Assembly (NCBI GenBank): GCA_963787645.1 | Contig: CAWBDS010000005.1 | Span: 56,749-120,748 of the forward strand | Direction of reading: 5' to 3' | Source: an uncultured Actinomycetes bacterium | GTDB lineage: Bacteria; Actinomycetota; Actinomycetes; Streptosporangiales; Streptosporangiaceae | Length of the DNA: 64,000 nucleotides | In this document: positions 1 to 9,420 of the stretch, piece by piece | Numbering within the stretch: position 1 is the first letter of the stretch | Layout: each line of letters begins with the position of its first letter | Program-made: the position numbers and the translations under genes | The notes under the pieces: model-generated | What the model was told of the DNA's origin: nothing | Seen by the model: the letters and a program-made list of their open reading frames with translations, nothing else | Database searches by the model: none

Positions 1-1321
1 CTCGCCGTCGTCCGCCGAACTGACCGCCCCGCCGAACGCCGCGGCGGCCGCCCAGGCGATGCGCTCCGGCGCCGCCGAACGCCGCGGCGTCATCGCCCGC
101 GGCCTGGGCCGCAGCTATAACAACGCCGCGCAGTGCGCCGGCGGCGTGGTCATCTCCACCGCGCGGCTGGACCGGATCCTGGCGCTGGACGCCCGGACCG
201 GCCTGGTCATCTGCGAGGCGGGTGTCAGCCTGGAGCAGCTCATGGTGGCCGGGCTGCCCGCCGGGTGGTTCGTGCCGGTGTCCCCGGGCACCCGGCAGGT
301 GACCGTGGGCGGAGCGATCGCCGCCGACGTACACGGCAAGAATCATCACGCGGCGGGCAGCTTCGCCCGGCACGTGCGGTCGTTCGACCTGCTGCTGCCG
401 GACGGCGAGCCGCGCACGGTGACCGAACAGTCCGACCCGGCCCTGTTCTGGGCCACGGCGGGCGGCATGGGCCTGACCGGGCTCATCACCCGGGCCACCC
501 TCCAGCTCACGCCGGTGGCCACCTCGCGGCTGCGAGTCGATACGGTGCGCACCGCCGATATCGACCAGACCATGGCCGCGCTGGCCGAGCATGACCGCCG
601 CTTCGGCTACACCGTGGCCTGGTCGGACAGCCTGGCCCGCGGGGCGGGCCTGGGGCGTTCGGTGATCACCAGCGGCGACTTCGCCGAGCCGGCCGATCTG
701 TCCGCGCACGACGCCCGGGACCCGTTCGCGTTCCATCCCGGCGCCCGGCTGGGCGTGCCGTCCGGGTTCCCGCCCGGCCTGATCAACCGCCACACGGTGG
801 GCCTGGCCAACGACGTGTGGTACCGCAAGGCGCCCCGTACGCGCAGCGGCGAGATCCAGGCCATCGGCCCGTTCTTCCACCCGCTGGACGGGATCAGGAA
901 CTGGAACCGGGTCTACGGCCCGGGCGGATTCCGGCAGTACCAGTACGTCGTGCCGTTCGGCGCGGAGGACGCCGTGCGCCGTTCGTTCGAGCTGGTCAGC
1001 CAGGCGCGCGCGCCGTCCTTCGTGACGGTGCTCAAGCGCTTCGGCGCCGGGAACTCCGGGCTGCTCTCGTTCCCGATGCCGGGCTGGACGCTGGCCCTGG
1101 ATTTCCCGGCCCGTACCCCCGGGCTGGCCGGGCTGTTCGGCTCGCTGGACCGGCTGGTCGTCGAGGCCGGCGGCCGCGTCTACCTGGCCAAGGACTCCCG
1201 GGTGCCGCCCGCGGTGCTGGCCGAGATGTACCCGCGGCTGCCCGAGTTCCGCAAGCTGCGCGCCGAACTGGACCCGGCCGGCACCCTGGCCTCCGACCTC
1301 TCCCGCCGCCTGTCTCTCTAG
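1..1321 (+). CDS. dprE1: Decaprenylphosphoryl-beta-D-ribose oxidase DprE1 (FAD-dependent); 5' end outside window
   Basis: Frame is open to position 1. ORF 59..1321 matches mycobacterial DprE1 as I recall it along its whole length (ARGLGRSY, PGTRQVTVGGAIA.DVHGKNHH, FWAT.GG.GLTG, WYRK, LSFPMPGW, YLAKDSR). Confidence 0.9.
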   Translation, partial: SPSSAELTAPPNAAAAAQAMRSGAAERRGVIARGLGRSYNNAAQCAGGVVISTARLDRILALDARTGLVICEAGVSLEQLMVAGLPAGWFVPVSPGTRQVTVGGAIAADVHGKNHHAAGSFARHVRSFDLLLPDGEPRTVTEQSDPALFWATAGGMGLTGLITRATLQLTPVATSRLRVDTVRTADIDQTMAALAEHDRRFGYTVAWSDSLARGAGLGRSVITSGDFAEPADLSAHDARDPFAFHPGARLGVPSGFPPGLINRHTVGLANDVWYRKAPRTRSGEIQAIGPFFHPLDGIRNWNRVYGPGGFRQYQYVVPFGAEDAVRRSFELVSQARAPSFVTVLKRFGAGNSGLLSFPMPGWTLALDFPARTPGLAGLFGSLDRLVVEAGGRVYLAKDSRVPPAVLAEMYPRLPEFRKLRAELDPAGTLASDLSRRLSL

Positions 1322-1355
1322 CGCCCCGCCGGCCCCGCGCTGAACCTATGGTTCC

Positions 1356-1387
1356 GGCAACCTAACGGATCTAGCCATCAGGTTGCC
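1356..1387 (+). terminator. Hairpin downstream of dprE1 (GGCAACCT-N16-AGGTTGCC)
   Basis: Perfect 8-bp inverted repeat 35 nt after the dprE1 stop, at the start of a visibly lower-G+C stretch. The loop is long and there is no clear T-tract. Confidence 0.3.
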
Positions 1388-1810
1388 ACTTTCATCGGTT
1401 ATCCGCGCATGCTCCCCGGATTGCGCAAAACGGGCGAATGTCGCATATTGCTTCGATTTGAAATGCCGGGCGGCTGGGCGGCACGGTTTACCGCGCGCAT
1501 GTGCGCTAATACGGTCAAATTGCTATCGAATCGACCCGGCCTGGCGACTGTAACGGATGTTAAAGCCGGTACGCCCGATCTGTATCCAAAAATCACCGCA
1601 GGCCAGAATGGACTTTTACCACGAGCGTTTCGTGTGCACTGTAAAGTCGTGTTCGTCGCTTTGCTCTGCGGCGTGGCTCGCCATCACCTCGATTTGCGAG
1701 GCGACCCCGTAACCGGAAGGCCGCCCCGGTTCCGTGCCGACTGTGTGGGATCAGGCATCACGGAACCGGAAAGCGGACTTCTCTGTCCACCTCCCGGAAG
1801 GAGGCGCGTT

Positions 1811-2050
1811 ATGCAAGACACTACTGTCTCGCATAGGACTTGCGCGAGCGATTCCGGCGCAATTTCTCGACGCAATTTCCGCGGCAAACCGGTCGCCTGG
1901 GGCAACGAGGACGAATTGCTGGCCCGGGTGCTGATCACCAGCTGGACGCTGGCCACCGGGCGCACCTTGCCCGCGGGCGTCCCGCCGCATTCGCACAGCG
2001 CGGACGAGCTGATCAGTTTCTGGGCCGACGACCAGATCGCGATCCCGTGA
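1811..2050 (+). CDS. Hypothetical small protein (79 aa), translationally coupled to the next gene
   Basis: ATG at 1811 is preceded by GGAAGGAGG. Its stop overlaps the GTG of the next ORF (GTGA at 2047-2050). I recognise no family. Confidence 0.45.
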   Translation: MQDTTVSHRTCASDSGAISRRNFRGKPVAWGNEDELLARVLITSWTLATGRTLPAGVPPHSHSADELISFWADDQIAIP

Positions 2051-3168
2051 GCCAGGCCGCCGCGGGCACGCTGACCACTAGCGAGCGCGACTGGCTCACG
2101 GTCCGGTCCTACCTCGCCGAGCACCGGTACGACCTGGCCGTGACCGCCGCGGACGACTACCCGCCGGACCGCCGGATGGCCGGCACCCCGCTGCTGGCCG
2201 CGCCGGACTGGCGGCCGGCCGCCCCGATCCCGCTGCGGGACATCCGCCTGGAGCTGCGGGAGGACCGGCTGGCCGAGGCCGAGCTGCCCGCCGCGGTGCT
2301 GCCCCGGCGAGCCGACGGGACGCCCTACCGCCGCTACTCCGAGGCGATGGGCGAACTGGCCGCCCCGGCCGTGTTCGAGAACCGGGCCACCTACCGGCTG
2401 GCCGAAGCGGACCTGTGCGCCCGCCCGCCCCGGCTGGCCTTCTCCGACGGCCGGTACTTCGACGGCATCGACACCGGGGAAGCGGCCGCCCACGAGTACG
2501 CGGCGGCCCGGCTGGGCCTGGACCCCTTGGCCGTGTCCGGCCCAGGCATCCGCCTGGCCGATCCGTGCGATCTGCGGCGCCGCCCGGCCAACCTGGCCAT
2601 CAGCACGCTGACCTTGCGGCTGGACCGCCGCGCGGGCCGGGCGTCCTTCCTGCTGCACTGGCGCGACCCGGCCAAGGTTGGTCACGCGGGCGGCTTGTAC
2701 CAGGTCATCCCGGTGGGCGTGTTCCAGCCTTCCGGCGGGGCACCCTGGAATCGCCAGCATGACTTCTCGCTGTGGCGGTGCATGGTCCGCGAGTTCGCCG
2801 AGGAACTCGGCGGGCGCTCGGAGGACTACGCCAGCGACAGCGCACCGGTCGACTACGATTCCTGGCCGTTCGCTCGGCAGCTGACCGACGCCCTGGACCG
2901 CGGCCAGGTCCGCGTCTGGTGCCTGGGGCTCGGCACCGACCCGCTGACCTACGCCACCGACCTGCTCACCGTGGCCGTGATCGACAGCGACGTGTTCGAC
3001 GCCGTCTTCGGCGTGAACCTGCGGGGCAATGCCGAGGGGCAGATCCTGGCCGCGCGCGAGTTCGCCGCCCATGTCATCGACCGCACCGTCACCGGCGAGC
3101 CGGTGCAGGCGGCCGGGGCCGCCTTGCTCCGCCTCGCCTGGCGCCACCGCGAGACGTTCGGCGGCTAG
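2047..3168 (+). CDS. Hypothetical protein with a Nudix-box-like motif
   Basis: In frame with ORF 1840..3168; GTG 2047 overlaps the upstream stop. Contains LWRCMVREFAEELGG, resembling the Nudix signature REx2EExG. The rest is unrecognised. Confidence 0.6.
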   Translation: MSQAAAGTLTTSERDWLTVRSYLAEHRYDLAVTAADDYPPDRRMAGTPLLAAPDWRPAAPIPLRDIRLELREDRLAEAELPAAVLPRRADGTPYRRYSEAMGELAAPAVFENRATYRLAEADLCARPPRLAFSDGRYFDGIDTGEAAAHEYAAARLGLDPLAVSGPGIRLADPCDLRRRPANLAISTLTLRLDRRAGRASFLLHWRDPAKVGHAGGLYQVIPVGVFQPSGGAPWNRQHDFSLWRCMVREFAEELGGRSEDYASDSAPVDYDSWPFARQLTDALDRGQVRVWCLGLGTDPLTYATDLLTVAVIDSDVFDAVFGVNLRGNAEGQILAAREFAAHVIDRTVTGEPVQAAGAALLRLAWRHRETFGG

Positions 3169-3224
3169 CTGAGGCCAGCCGCTAAGCCAGGCCGCCCCAC
3201 GGCGGCAGCCGCCAAGCCCTAGAG

Positions 3225-4016
3225 CTAGCCGCCATTGAGCAGCGCCGCGCTCAGCGTGTCCCGGACCCAGGCCTCGAGCTGGTCGTAGCTGTAGCCCGCC
3301 TGGCGGACTAGCTGGTCGTGGGAGTCGGGGCTGGCGATGACCCAGGCCGTGTCGGCCGCCGCGGCGGGCGTCAGCCCGGGACGCAGCGCCGTCGCCGGGA
3401 TGTGCGCGATCATGGCGGTGATAGCCCGCCGGCGCAGCTCGTTGAGCTGCCGCCAGTCCGCGGCGATGTCCGGGTCGACGGCGGCCCCGTCCCGGTAGGT
3501 CTGCCAGCCGACCGCGGCCCGCTCGGCCAGTATCCGGTACTCGCGGCTGAGGTGGGCCAGCAACCGGGCAGGGTCGGCGGCGTCGGCCCGGTCCAAGATG
3601 GCCGCGAACACCGGTGGCGGCTCTCCCGCCACCAGCGGCCGGTCCTCGTCGCCGGTGACCGAGCTGACCATGATGCCGCGCAGCAGGTTCCGCTTGTTGC
3701 CCCAGTTGGAGTACAGGGTCTGCACTGACACGTCGGCCCGCTCGGCGATCCGGATCACCGTGGCCGCCGCGTAGCCCCGCTCGGCGAACTCGGCCCGGGC
3801 CGCGGCCAGTCTCTGAGTCAGTGAGGAGCCGACGATGAGCTCAGCGATCCACCTCCACGTCCGGTCCCGGGCCGCCGGCCCAGCGCCAGCGGGCCCCGGC
3901 TCGCGGCATGCAGGCCCCGGCCGGCGGCATACAGGCTCCGGCCCGCGGCAAGCAGGCTCCGGCCCCGGACCCGGCCGCCGCCTTGGTCCCGACGCCGCCC
4001 GGCCGGGTGTCGTCAC
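3225..4016 (-). CDS. TetR/AcrR family transcriptional regulator (start uncertain)
   Basis: TetR HTH region LTQRLAAARAEFAERGYAAATVIRIAERADVSVQTLYSNWGNKRNLL. No ATG/GTG/TTG lies just upstream of the HTH; the nearest in-frame starts are GTG 4016 and ATG 4058, both overlapping the divergent MFS gene. Confidence 0.75.
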   Translation of the reverse strand: MTTPGRAASGPRRRPGPGPEPACRGPEPVCRRPGPACREPGPAGAGPAARDRTWRWIAELIVGSSLTQRLAAARAEFAERGYAAATVIRIAERADVSVQTLYSNWGNKRNLLRGIMVSSVTGDEDRPLVAGEPPPVFAAILDRADAADPARLLAHLSREYRILAERAAVGWQTYRDGAAVDPDIAADWRQLNELRRRAITAMIAHIPATALRPGLTPAAAADTAWVIASPDSHDQLVRQAGYSYDQLEAWVRDTLSAALLNGG

Positions 4017-5454
4017 CGCGGTCGTCTGCCTGGCGCTGGCCGCCGTGGTGGCGGCCATGTCGTCCCTGAACGTGGCCCTGCCCGACATCGCCCGCTCGAC
4101 CCACGCCAGCCAGACCCAGCTGACCTGGGTCATCGACGCGTACTCGCTGGTCTTCGCCGCTCTGCTGCTGCCCGCCGGGGCCGTCGGCGACCGTTACGGC
4201 CGCCGCCGGGCGCTGATCGCCGGGCTGTCGGTGTTCGGGGCCGGGTCCGCGGTCGCCATGACCGCGCACTCAGCGGCCGAGCTGATCGGCCTGCGCGCGG
4301 TACTGGGCCTGGGCGCGGCGCTGGTCATGCCCGCCACGTTGTCCACCATCACCGGCACGTTCGCGCCCGAACGGCGCACCCGCGCGGTCAGCACCTGGGC
4401 CGCGGTGGCCGGCGGGGCCGCGGTGCTGGGCCTGCTCACCTCGGGTCTGGTCCTGCAGATGTGGTCGTGGCCAGCCGTGTTCGGGCTCAACGTGGTGCTG
4501 GCCGCCGCGGCCATCGCCGGCACCGTGCGCTTCGTGCCCGAGTCGGCCGAGCCCGGCGTGCCGCGGCTGGACGTCAGCGGCGCCGCGCTGGCCGTGCTCG
4601 GCCTGGTCGCGCTGGTCTACTCGATCATCGAGGCGCCCGAGGCGGGCTGGACCTCGGCCCGCACCCTGGCCGGCCTGGCGGGCGGCCTGTTCGTCCTGGC
4701 CGGCTTCGTGGCCTGGGAACTGCGCCGGCGTCACCCGATGCTCGACCCCCGGGTGTTCGGCCGCCGGGCGCTGGCCGCGGGCAGCGCGGCGGTGTTCGTC
4801 CAGTTCTTCGCGCTGTTCGGGTTCATCTTCCTGGTGCTGCAGTACCTGCAGCTGGTCCGGGGCGACTCGGGGCTGGTCTCGGCGCTGAGCATGCTGCCCA
4901 TGGCCGCGGCCATGCAGCCCGCCGCCCGGCTGGCGCCCGCGCTGGTGGCCCGGCTCGGGGCCCGGGTCACCGGCGCGGCCGGGCTGACCCTGATCGCCGC
5001 GGCCCTGGTCGTCCTGGCCCAGCTGACCGCGACCAGCGGCTACTGGCTGCTGGCCGCCGGGCTGGTCCCGCTCGGTGCCGGGCTGGGCCTGGCCATGCCT
5101 CCCGCCACCAGCGGCATCACCTCGGCCCTGCCCGCCGCCCAGCAGGGCGTGGGTTCGGCGCTGAACGACCTGTCCCGGGAGACCGGCGGCGCGGTCGGCA
5201 TCGCGGTCCTGGCCAGCGTGCTCACCGGGACCTACGCCAGCCACCTGCACCTGGGCGGCCTGCCCGCCGCGCAGGCCGCGGCGGCCCGGTCGTCGGTCGC
5301 GGTGGCGGCCCGGCTGGGCGGCCCGGCCGCGGTCCAGGCCCGGACCGCGTTCGCCGACGGCATGCACCTGGCCCTGCTGATCGCGGCCGCAATCGTGGTC
5401 GTGGCCGCGATCACCGTGACCGTCCTGCTGCGCGGCCACGACCGGGCCGCATAG
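3835..5454 (+). CDS. MFS drug-efflux transporter, DHA2 (EmrB/QacA, 14-TMS) type
   Basis: SSLNVALPDIARS...TWVIDAYSLVFAALLLPAGAVGDRYGRRR is a typical DHA2 TM1-TM2/motif A, and there are many hydrophobic segments. The first 60 aa are Gly/Pro/Arg-rich, so the true start is uncertain. Confidence 0.8.
   Translation: MSSAIHLHVRSRAAGPAPAGPGSRHAGPGRRHTGSGPRQAGSGPGPGRRLGPDAARPGVVTAVVCLALAAVVAAMSSLNVALPDIARSTHASQTQLTWVIDAYSLVFAALLLPAGAVGDRYGRRRALIAGLSVFGAGSAVAMTAHSAAELIGLRAVLGLGAALVMPATLSTITGTFAPERRTRAVSTWAAVAGGAAVLGLLTSGLVLQMWSWPAVFGLNVVLAAAAIAGTVRFVPESAEPGVPRLDVSGAALAVLGLVALVYSIIEAPEAGWTSARTLAGLAGGLFVLAGFVAWELRRRHPMLDPRVFGRRALAAGSAAVFVQFFALFGFIFLVLQYLQLVRGDSGLVSALSMLPMAAAMQPAARLAPALVARLGARVTGAAGLTLIAAALVVLAQLTATSGYWLLAAGLVPLGAGLGLAMPPATSGITSALPAAQQGVGSALNDLSRETGGAVGIAVLASVLTGTYASHLHLGGLPAAQAAAARSSVAVAARLGGPAAVQARTAFADGMHLALLIAAAIVVVAAITVTVLLRGHDRAA
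3903..3965. repeat. 3 x 21-bp imperfect tandem repeat (gcggcaWRcaggcYccggccN)
   Basis: Units start at 3903, 3924 and 3945. The repeat lies where the N-terminal extensions of the divergent TetR and MFS ORFs overlap. Confidence 0.7.
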
Positions 5455-5468
5455 CCGGGGCCGGGCCG

Positions 5469-7850
5469 TCAGTCCCACTCCTGGGGGAGCTCACCGCCGT
5501 CCACCGTGGCCCCGGCCGCCTTTTCCAGCCACTCGGTCTTGCCGCGCCGCCACAGCACGACCAGGATGCCGATCCCGATGGCCAGCCAGATCCCGTCGAT
5601 CAGCGGCGCGTAGTTGTACGGGAAGCTGGGGAACGGCTGGAACGACTTGATCGTGACGTAGACCAGGGCCGCGGTCGAGATCAACGGGAACCCGATGTGC
5701 AGCAGCCAGTTGAACTCATCGCGCCGGAACCGCAGGTAGTAGAAGGCCACCGCGAAGTTGGCCGACACGTAGATGTACAGCACGGCCAGCACCAGGATCA
5801 GGCCGTTGGTCAGCAGGTAGGACCGGCTCGCGTTCAGGCCGAAGCCGACGCCCAGGCCCACGCCCAGCGACAGGGCCAGGTTGGCCAGGATCGCGTTCTT
5901 CGGGGTCCGGTGCACGGGATGGACCTCGCTGAACCACCTGGGCAGCGTGCCGGTCTCGCCCATCTTGAACCAGATCCGGGTGGACACGTTGTTGCACGCC
6001 TGGCAGACCGCGAGGGTGGAGCTGAACATCGCGGCCAGCACCAGGACCCAGCCCGCGCCCCACAGCCGGTGCGCGATGGCCAGCCCGGGCAGGTCGGGCG
6101 AGTTCACCAGGGCGTTCGGGCTGCTGCCGGTGAGCACGCTGGTGCCCCAGCCGATGATCTGGCCCCAGTAGACGATGACCAGGAAGACGCCGAGCGCGAT
6201 GATCGCGGTCAAGGTGGCGCGCGGGATGTTCCGCCGCGGGTTGGCGGTCTCCTCGGCCAGTGGCGCGGCGGCCTCCCAGCCGGTCAGCCCCTGCAGCGAG
6301 AACACCACCGCGAGCGCGAAGCCCGCCCCGGACAGGCTGTGGCTGGGGATCCAGCTGTTGACGTTGTCCCCGCCGGGGCCGGGGGAGATGAATCCCGAGA
6401 TGGCCAGCGCGAACACGATGGCCATCTCGAGCAGGCCGAGTCCGACCAGCACCCGGACCGACACGGCCAGTCCGCGCCAGGCCAGGAAGGCCACGAACGG
6501 CGCGAACACGATCAGGGTCAGCCACCACAGGTAGGGCGCGTTGATCCCGTAGTGCGTCTTGAGCTCCTGGGAGAGCAGGTAGCCGAAGTAGGCGTAGATG
6601 GGCCCGGCGCATACCGGGTTGTAGAACACGTACATCCAGGCGGTCAGGAACCCGACCCGCGGGTTGATGGCCCGGCTGACGAACGTGTAGTAGCCGCCCG
6701 CCGAGCTCATGTGCTTGGACAGCTGGACCAGGGTGCTACCGAGCATCAGCACGATGAGCACACCGAGGACGTAGGCCAGCGGCGCGGTGACGCCGGTCAG
6801 CGACACCACGTACTGGGTGAAGAACAGGCCGGCGATCGCCGGGGCGATGGTCGCGACCGCCTGCATGGTGGCCCCGCCGAAGCCGATGGCGCCGGCCCGC
6901 AGCCTGGTCCCGGCCTGAGCTGAATGCTGGGGTACTACCTCTCCTGTGGCCATCTCGGGGTTCCTTTCATCCGGCCGAGCCGGCCCGCAAACGTATTGGT
7001 CGTAGGCGTCCTCGGGTTTCATCGACTCGTGCACCACGGCCCCGACCGCGCGGATCATCGCCTGCGGGGCGTCGCTCTGGAAGATGTTGCGGCCCATGTC
7101 CACGCCGGCCGCTCCGTTCTCGATCGCTTGGTGCGCCATGGTGAGCGCGTCACGTTCGGGCAGCTTGCGTCCGCCGGCCATGACCAGCGGCACCGGGCAG
7201 GCCGCCGCCACCGTGTCGAAGTCCGGCTCGCAGTAGTAGGTCTTGACCACGTGGGCGCCCAGTTCGGCGCAGATCCGGGTGGCCAGCCGCAGGTAGCGGG
7301 CGTCCCGGGTCAGCTCCCGGCCCACCGCGGTGACGGCCAGCACCGGGATGCCGCAGCGCTGGCCGGCGTCGACCAGCCGGGTCATGTTCCGCACCAACTG
7401 GGTCTCGTGCTCGCCGCCGATGAACACCTGGACGGCCACCGCGCAGGCGTTGATCCGCACCGCGTCGTCCATGCCGACCGCGATCTGCTCGTTGGAAAGC
7501 TCGCGCAGCACGCTCGGCCCGCCGCTGGCCCGCAGCACGATGGGCGGGGCCGCGGCGGGCGGGATGGTCGAGCGGACCATGCCGCGGGTGGTCATCAGCG
7601 CGTCGGCGTAGGGCAGCAGCGGCACGATGGACAGGTCGACCCGTTCCAGGCCGGTGGTCGGACCCTGGAAGTAGCCGTGGTCGATGGCCAGCATCACGGT
7701 CCGCCCGCTGGCGGCCCGGAAGATGCGCGCCAGCCTGCTCTGCATCCCCCAGTCCAGCGCGCCGCAGCCCTTGAGGCCGAACGCCTCGTGCCGGGCCGGG
7801 ACCGATGCGGCGAAGCGAGCGCCCTCGGTCAGGTCCTCGAGGTCGGGCAT
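5469..7850 (-). CDS. lsrF: Single 793-aa ORF joining an LsrF-type class I aldolase/thiolase (aa 1-~290) to an APC-family amino acid/polyamine permease (aa 300-793)
   Basis: The N-terminal part is near-colinear with E. coli LsrF ([21 protein letters not shown]...[16 protein letters not shown]...[11 protein letters not shown]). The rest is a 12-TMS APC-type permease with its own AAGGAA-N7-ATG at 6953. No in-frame stop separates them. Confidence 0.8.
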   Translation of the reverse strand: MPDLEDLTEGARFAASVPARHEAFGLKGCGALDWGMQSRLARIFRAASGRTVMLAIDHGYFQGPTTGLERVDLSIVPLLPYADALMTTRGMVRSTIPPAAAPPIVLRASGGPSVLRELSNEQIAVGMDDAVRINACAVAVQVFIGGEHETQLVRNMTRLVDAGQRCGIPVLAVTAVGRELTRDARYLRLATRICAELGAHVVKTYYCEPDFDTVAAACPVPLVMAGGRKLPERDALTMAHQAIENGAAGVDMGRNIFQSDAPQAMIRAVGAVVHESMKPEDAYDQYVCGPARPDERNPEMATGEVVPQHSAQAGTRLRAGAIGFGGATMQAVATIAPAIAGLFFTQYVVSLTGVTAPLAYVLGVLIVLMLGSTLVQLSKHMSSAGGYYTFVSRAINPRVGFLTAWMYVFYNPVCAGPIYAYFGYLLSQELKTHYGINAPYLWWLTLIVFAPFVAFLAWRGLAVSVRVLVGLGLLEMAIVFALAISGFISPGPGGDNVNSWIPSHSLSGAGFALAVVFSLQGLTGWEAAAPLAEETANPRRNIPRATLTAIIALGVFLVIVYWGQIIGWGTSVLTGSSPNALVNSPDLPGLAIAHRLWGAGWVLVLAAMFSSTLAVCQACNNVSTRIWFKMGETGTLPRWFSEVHPVHRTPKNAILANLALSLGVGLGVGFGLNASRSYLLTNGLILVLAVLYIYVSANFAVAFYYLRFRRDEFNWLLHIGFPLISTAALVYVTIKSFQPFPSFPYNYAPLIDGIWLAIGIGILVVLWRRGKTEWLEKAAGATVDGGELPQEWD

Positions 7851-7860
7851 GGTTTGCCTC

Positions 7861-9420
7861 CTAAGCGCCTGCCGCCCGCCAGAGCGGGCGGAGCAGGCCG
7901 TCTTCGGTGATGTCGAGCATGCGCCGGTAGATCTCGCGCCAGGTCGCGTAGTGCTCGTCGTAGGCCGCCACCGCGGCCGGGTCGGGCTCGAAACTGGCCG
8001 CGCGCCGGCGCAGGGTCGCCCGCGGCTCGGTCAGGCCGGCATACACCCCCGCGCCGACGCCGGCGCAGATCGCCGCGCCCAGCGCGCTGCTTTCCGTCAC
8101 CACCGGGATGTGCACCGGCACGCCCAGCACGTCGGCCATGACCTGCGGCCACAGCCGTCCCTTGGCCGCGCCGCCGGTGAACACCACCTCGCCGAAATCC
8201 CGGCCGGTCAGGCCGGTGATGATGTCCCGGTGCCCGCGGGCCACGTAGGCCGCCGCCTCCTCGATGGCCCGCACGCACGCGCCCCGGCCGCTGGTACCCG
8301 GATCGTTCAGGTCAAATTGGAGGAACGAAGGGCTGGCGTGCACCCAGCGCCGGGCCTGCATGACGTTGGACATGATCGCGATCACGCCCCCGGCCGGGGC
8401 CGTGGCCGCGAGCCGTTCCATCAGCTCGTACGGGTCGGTGCGCCGGCTGCGGGCCAGCGCCACCTCGTCGGCGCAGAACGCGTCGCGGAACCACCGCATG
8501 CTCATCCCGCAGTAGAAGCCGATGCCCTCGAGCATCCACTCACCCGGGGTGACGTGGCACAGCGTGCGCAGCCGGGCCTCCGGGTCGATGAGCGGCTCGT
8601 CGAGCAGCACCGTGTTCTGCCAGAACGTACCGCCCATCACGGTGTACTCGTCCCGTTCCGCGCCCGCCCCGAGCAGGCCCAGCTGGGTGTCGGCGCCGCC
8701 CGCCACCACCGGGGTGCCCGCGCGCAGCCCGGTGGCCTCGGCGGCCGCCGCGCTGACCTCGCCCACCACCGTACCGGGGTCCACGACCGGCGGCAGCGCG
8801 GCGGCGGGCAGGCCGCACAGTGCGGTGATGGACGGCGACCAGCGGCGGTCGGCCAAGGTGAACATGCCCGAGCTCGACCCGCAGGACGGTTCGGTGACGT
8901 GCTGCCCGCACAGCCGGTAGACGATCCAGTCGCTGAGCATGCCCAGCCGGTCGGTCGCGGCCAGCAGGTCCGGACGGTGCCGGGCCAGCCAGCGCAGCCG
9001 GGCCGGGGCGGTGATCGACACCCAGTCGCCAGCCTCGGCGTAGATCTTCGCCGCGGCGCCTTCGCGGATCAGCTCCTCGGCCTCCGCGGCCGCCCGGCTG
9101 TCCACGTTCGGGCAGGCCCAGACCTCCCGGCCGGCCCGGTCGAACAAGACCATGCCCTCGCGCATGCTGGTCGCCGCGACCGCGGCGACGTCGGCTGCGC
9201 CTGCCCCGTGACCGGCTGCGCCCAGCGCGTCCCGGACGCACCCGGCCACCGCCCGCCAGCCCGCGGCCACGTCGAAGTCCTGGCCGCCGGGTACCCCGGG
9301 CGGCTCGTGGTGCACCCATTCGCGCTGGCCCACCGCGACCTGCTCGCCGGCCTGCGTGAACAGCACGGCCCGGCAGCTGCCGGTGCCGGCGTCGATGGCC
9401 AGCAGGTAGCGGCCGGTCAT
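7861..9420 (-). CDS. lsrK: Autoinducer-2 (DPD) kinase-like FGGY carbohydrate kinase LsrK
   Basis: Colinear with E. coli LsrK ([45 protein letters not shown]). GGAGG RBS of the next gene follows; ATGA overlap with the upstream gene. Confidence 0.9.
   Translation of the reverse strand: MTGRYLLAIDAGTGSCRAVLFTQAGEQVAVGQREWVHHEPPGVPGGQDFDVAAGWRAVAGCVRDALGAAGHGAGAADVAAVAATSMREGMVLFDRAGREVWACPNVDSRAAAEAEELIREGAAAKIYAEAGDWVSITAPARLRWLARHRPDLLAATDRLGMLSDWIVYRLCGQHVTEPSCGSSSGMFTLADRRWSPSITALCGLPAAALPPVVDPGTVVGEVSAAAAEATGLRAGTPVVAGGADTQLGLLGAGAERDEYTVMGGTFWQNTVLLDEPLIDPEARLRTLCHVTPGEWMLEGIGFYCGMSMRWFRDAFCADEVALARSRRTDPYELMERLAATAPAGGVIAIMSNVMQARRWVHASPSFLQFDLNDPGTSGRGACVRAIEEAAAYVARGHRDIITGLTGRDFGEVVFTGGAAKGRLWPQVMADVLGVPVHIPVVTESSALGAAICAGVGAGVYAGLTEPRATLRRRAASFEPDPAAVAAYDEHYATWREIYRRMLDITEDGLLRPLWRAAGA

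Noticed and set aside
1356-1387. Hairpin containing AACCTAA/AGGTT as a possible IdeR/DmdR iron box.
   Set aside because: The half-site spacing and sequence do not fit the 19-bp TTAGGTTAGGCTAACCTAA consensus as I recall it. Its position right after a stop codon fits a terminator-like hairpin better.
1684-3147. 487-aa ORF antisense to the Nudix-box gene.
   Set aside because: Arg/Gly/Pro/Ala-rich low-complexity translation with no recognisable motif, lying opposite a frame with motif support. This is a typical high-G+C shadow ORF.
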